This document shows, piece after piece, positions 63,801 to 64,000 of a stretch of DNA of 64,000 nucleotides. Under the pieces are notes generated by a model. It was not told the origin of the DNA and made no database searches. It was given only the letters and a program-made list of their open reading frames with translations. Where the stretch lies: positions 124,001-188,000 of the forward strand of contig JAQGDQ010000341.1 in the NCBI GenBank assembly GCA_030141605.1, given 5' to 3'. The stretch comes from Tubiluchus corallicola (lineage: Eukaryota; Animalia; Priapulida). A program made the translations under genes and the position numbers. How positions within the stretch are numbered: position 1 is the stretch's first letter; every line of letters starts with the position of its first letter.

Positions 63801-63996
63801 TGCTTATGCTCCTGGGGAGTTCTGCGAAGAAGGTGTGCCTCTGCTATAGAAATCTCAAGTTTTTTACTGATATTTACAATAAATTTACTTTATTTAAAGT
63901 TGCTGTTGACAACTTGACTAAAGTAGTCTTCATTTGCATTAGGAACCATTGCCTACGAACCATTAATTGTTAAACGACAAACTGAAAAGCCCAGAG
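57838..63996 (+). CDS. Secreted or cell-surface protein with two SUEL/galactose-rhamnose-type lectin domains and an EGF domain, 3'-partial; exons join(57838..57928, 58914..59255, 62177..62566, 63719..63832, 63943..63996...)
   Basis: Hydrophobic N-terminus MIITGLALLLLQP. Exon 2: VCRNTSVMLDCP...IEFGR...C...C...CNKKTSC...C...YAVVHYEC. Exon 3: YCDKVSHELLCP...YYGRD...C...C...CIGKRSC...C...KFYC. Exon 4: CFPNPCQHGGTCTLTQNGFNCTCPAYAPGEFCE (EGF). All introns GT-AG, phase 1. The true start may lie further upstream (acceptor at 57820). Confidence 0.85.
61102..61595. repeat. 95-bp minisatellite, ~5 copies, each made of two related subunits
   Basis: GAAGCAAGTG recurs at 61201, 61296, 61391, 61486 and 61581. 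Confidence 0.95.
62655..63240 (+). mobile_element. 5'-truncated, decayed CR1/L2-group LINE RT C-terminus in the lectin gene intron
   Basis: RLFANDVC (decayed FADD), LQHDLDHI, LAWTTHVN, YVPPLLEYCDVIW, IERIQYHTSRIVTGA, LSWERMYDRRYIHKLSLFYK. Confidence 0.85.
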
Positions 63997-64000
63997 GTAA

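Overview
AT-rich, intron-rich animal (invertebrate-type) genomic DNA, not prokaryotic, so most entries in the ORF track are spurious or exon fragments. Four spliced genes were reconstructed by hand with phase-consistent GT-AG junctions. (1) ARL8 small GTPase on the minus strand; 5 exons seen, last exon outside the window. (2) Head-to-head with it, a ~1361-aa mostly low-complexity protein on the plus strand whose N-terminus (MNWVGG..R, S.D.LNL) resembles vertebrate C12orf40/REDIC1. (3) SLMAP on the minus strand (FHA domain, coiled coil, tail anchor; 15-16 coding exons). (4) A plus-strand gene with a signal-peptide-like start, two divergent SUEL/rhamnose-type lectin domains and an EGF domain, running off the window end. 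Introns carry decayed LINE fragments, a tRNA-derived SINE family, hAT, pogo/Tc2 and Kolobok-like MITEs, and about nine unrelated minisatellites. Most notable: the REDIC1-like gene on a compact bidirectional promoter with ARL8, the lectin-lectin-EGF gene, and several SLMAP splicing oddities (a possible tail-anchor-less isoform, an exon merging into a minisatellite, an array of splice-site-like motifs, inverted MITEs bracketing exons 3-8). Homology calls come from recalled family motifs; no database search was run.
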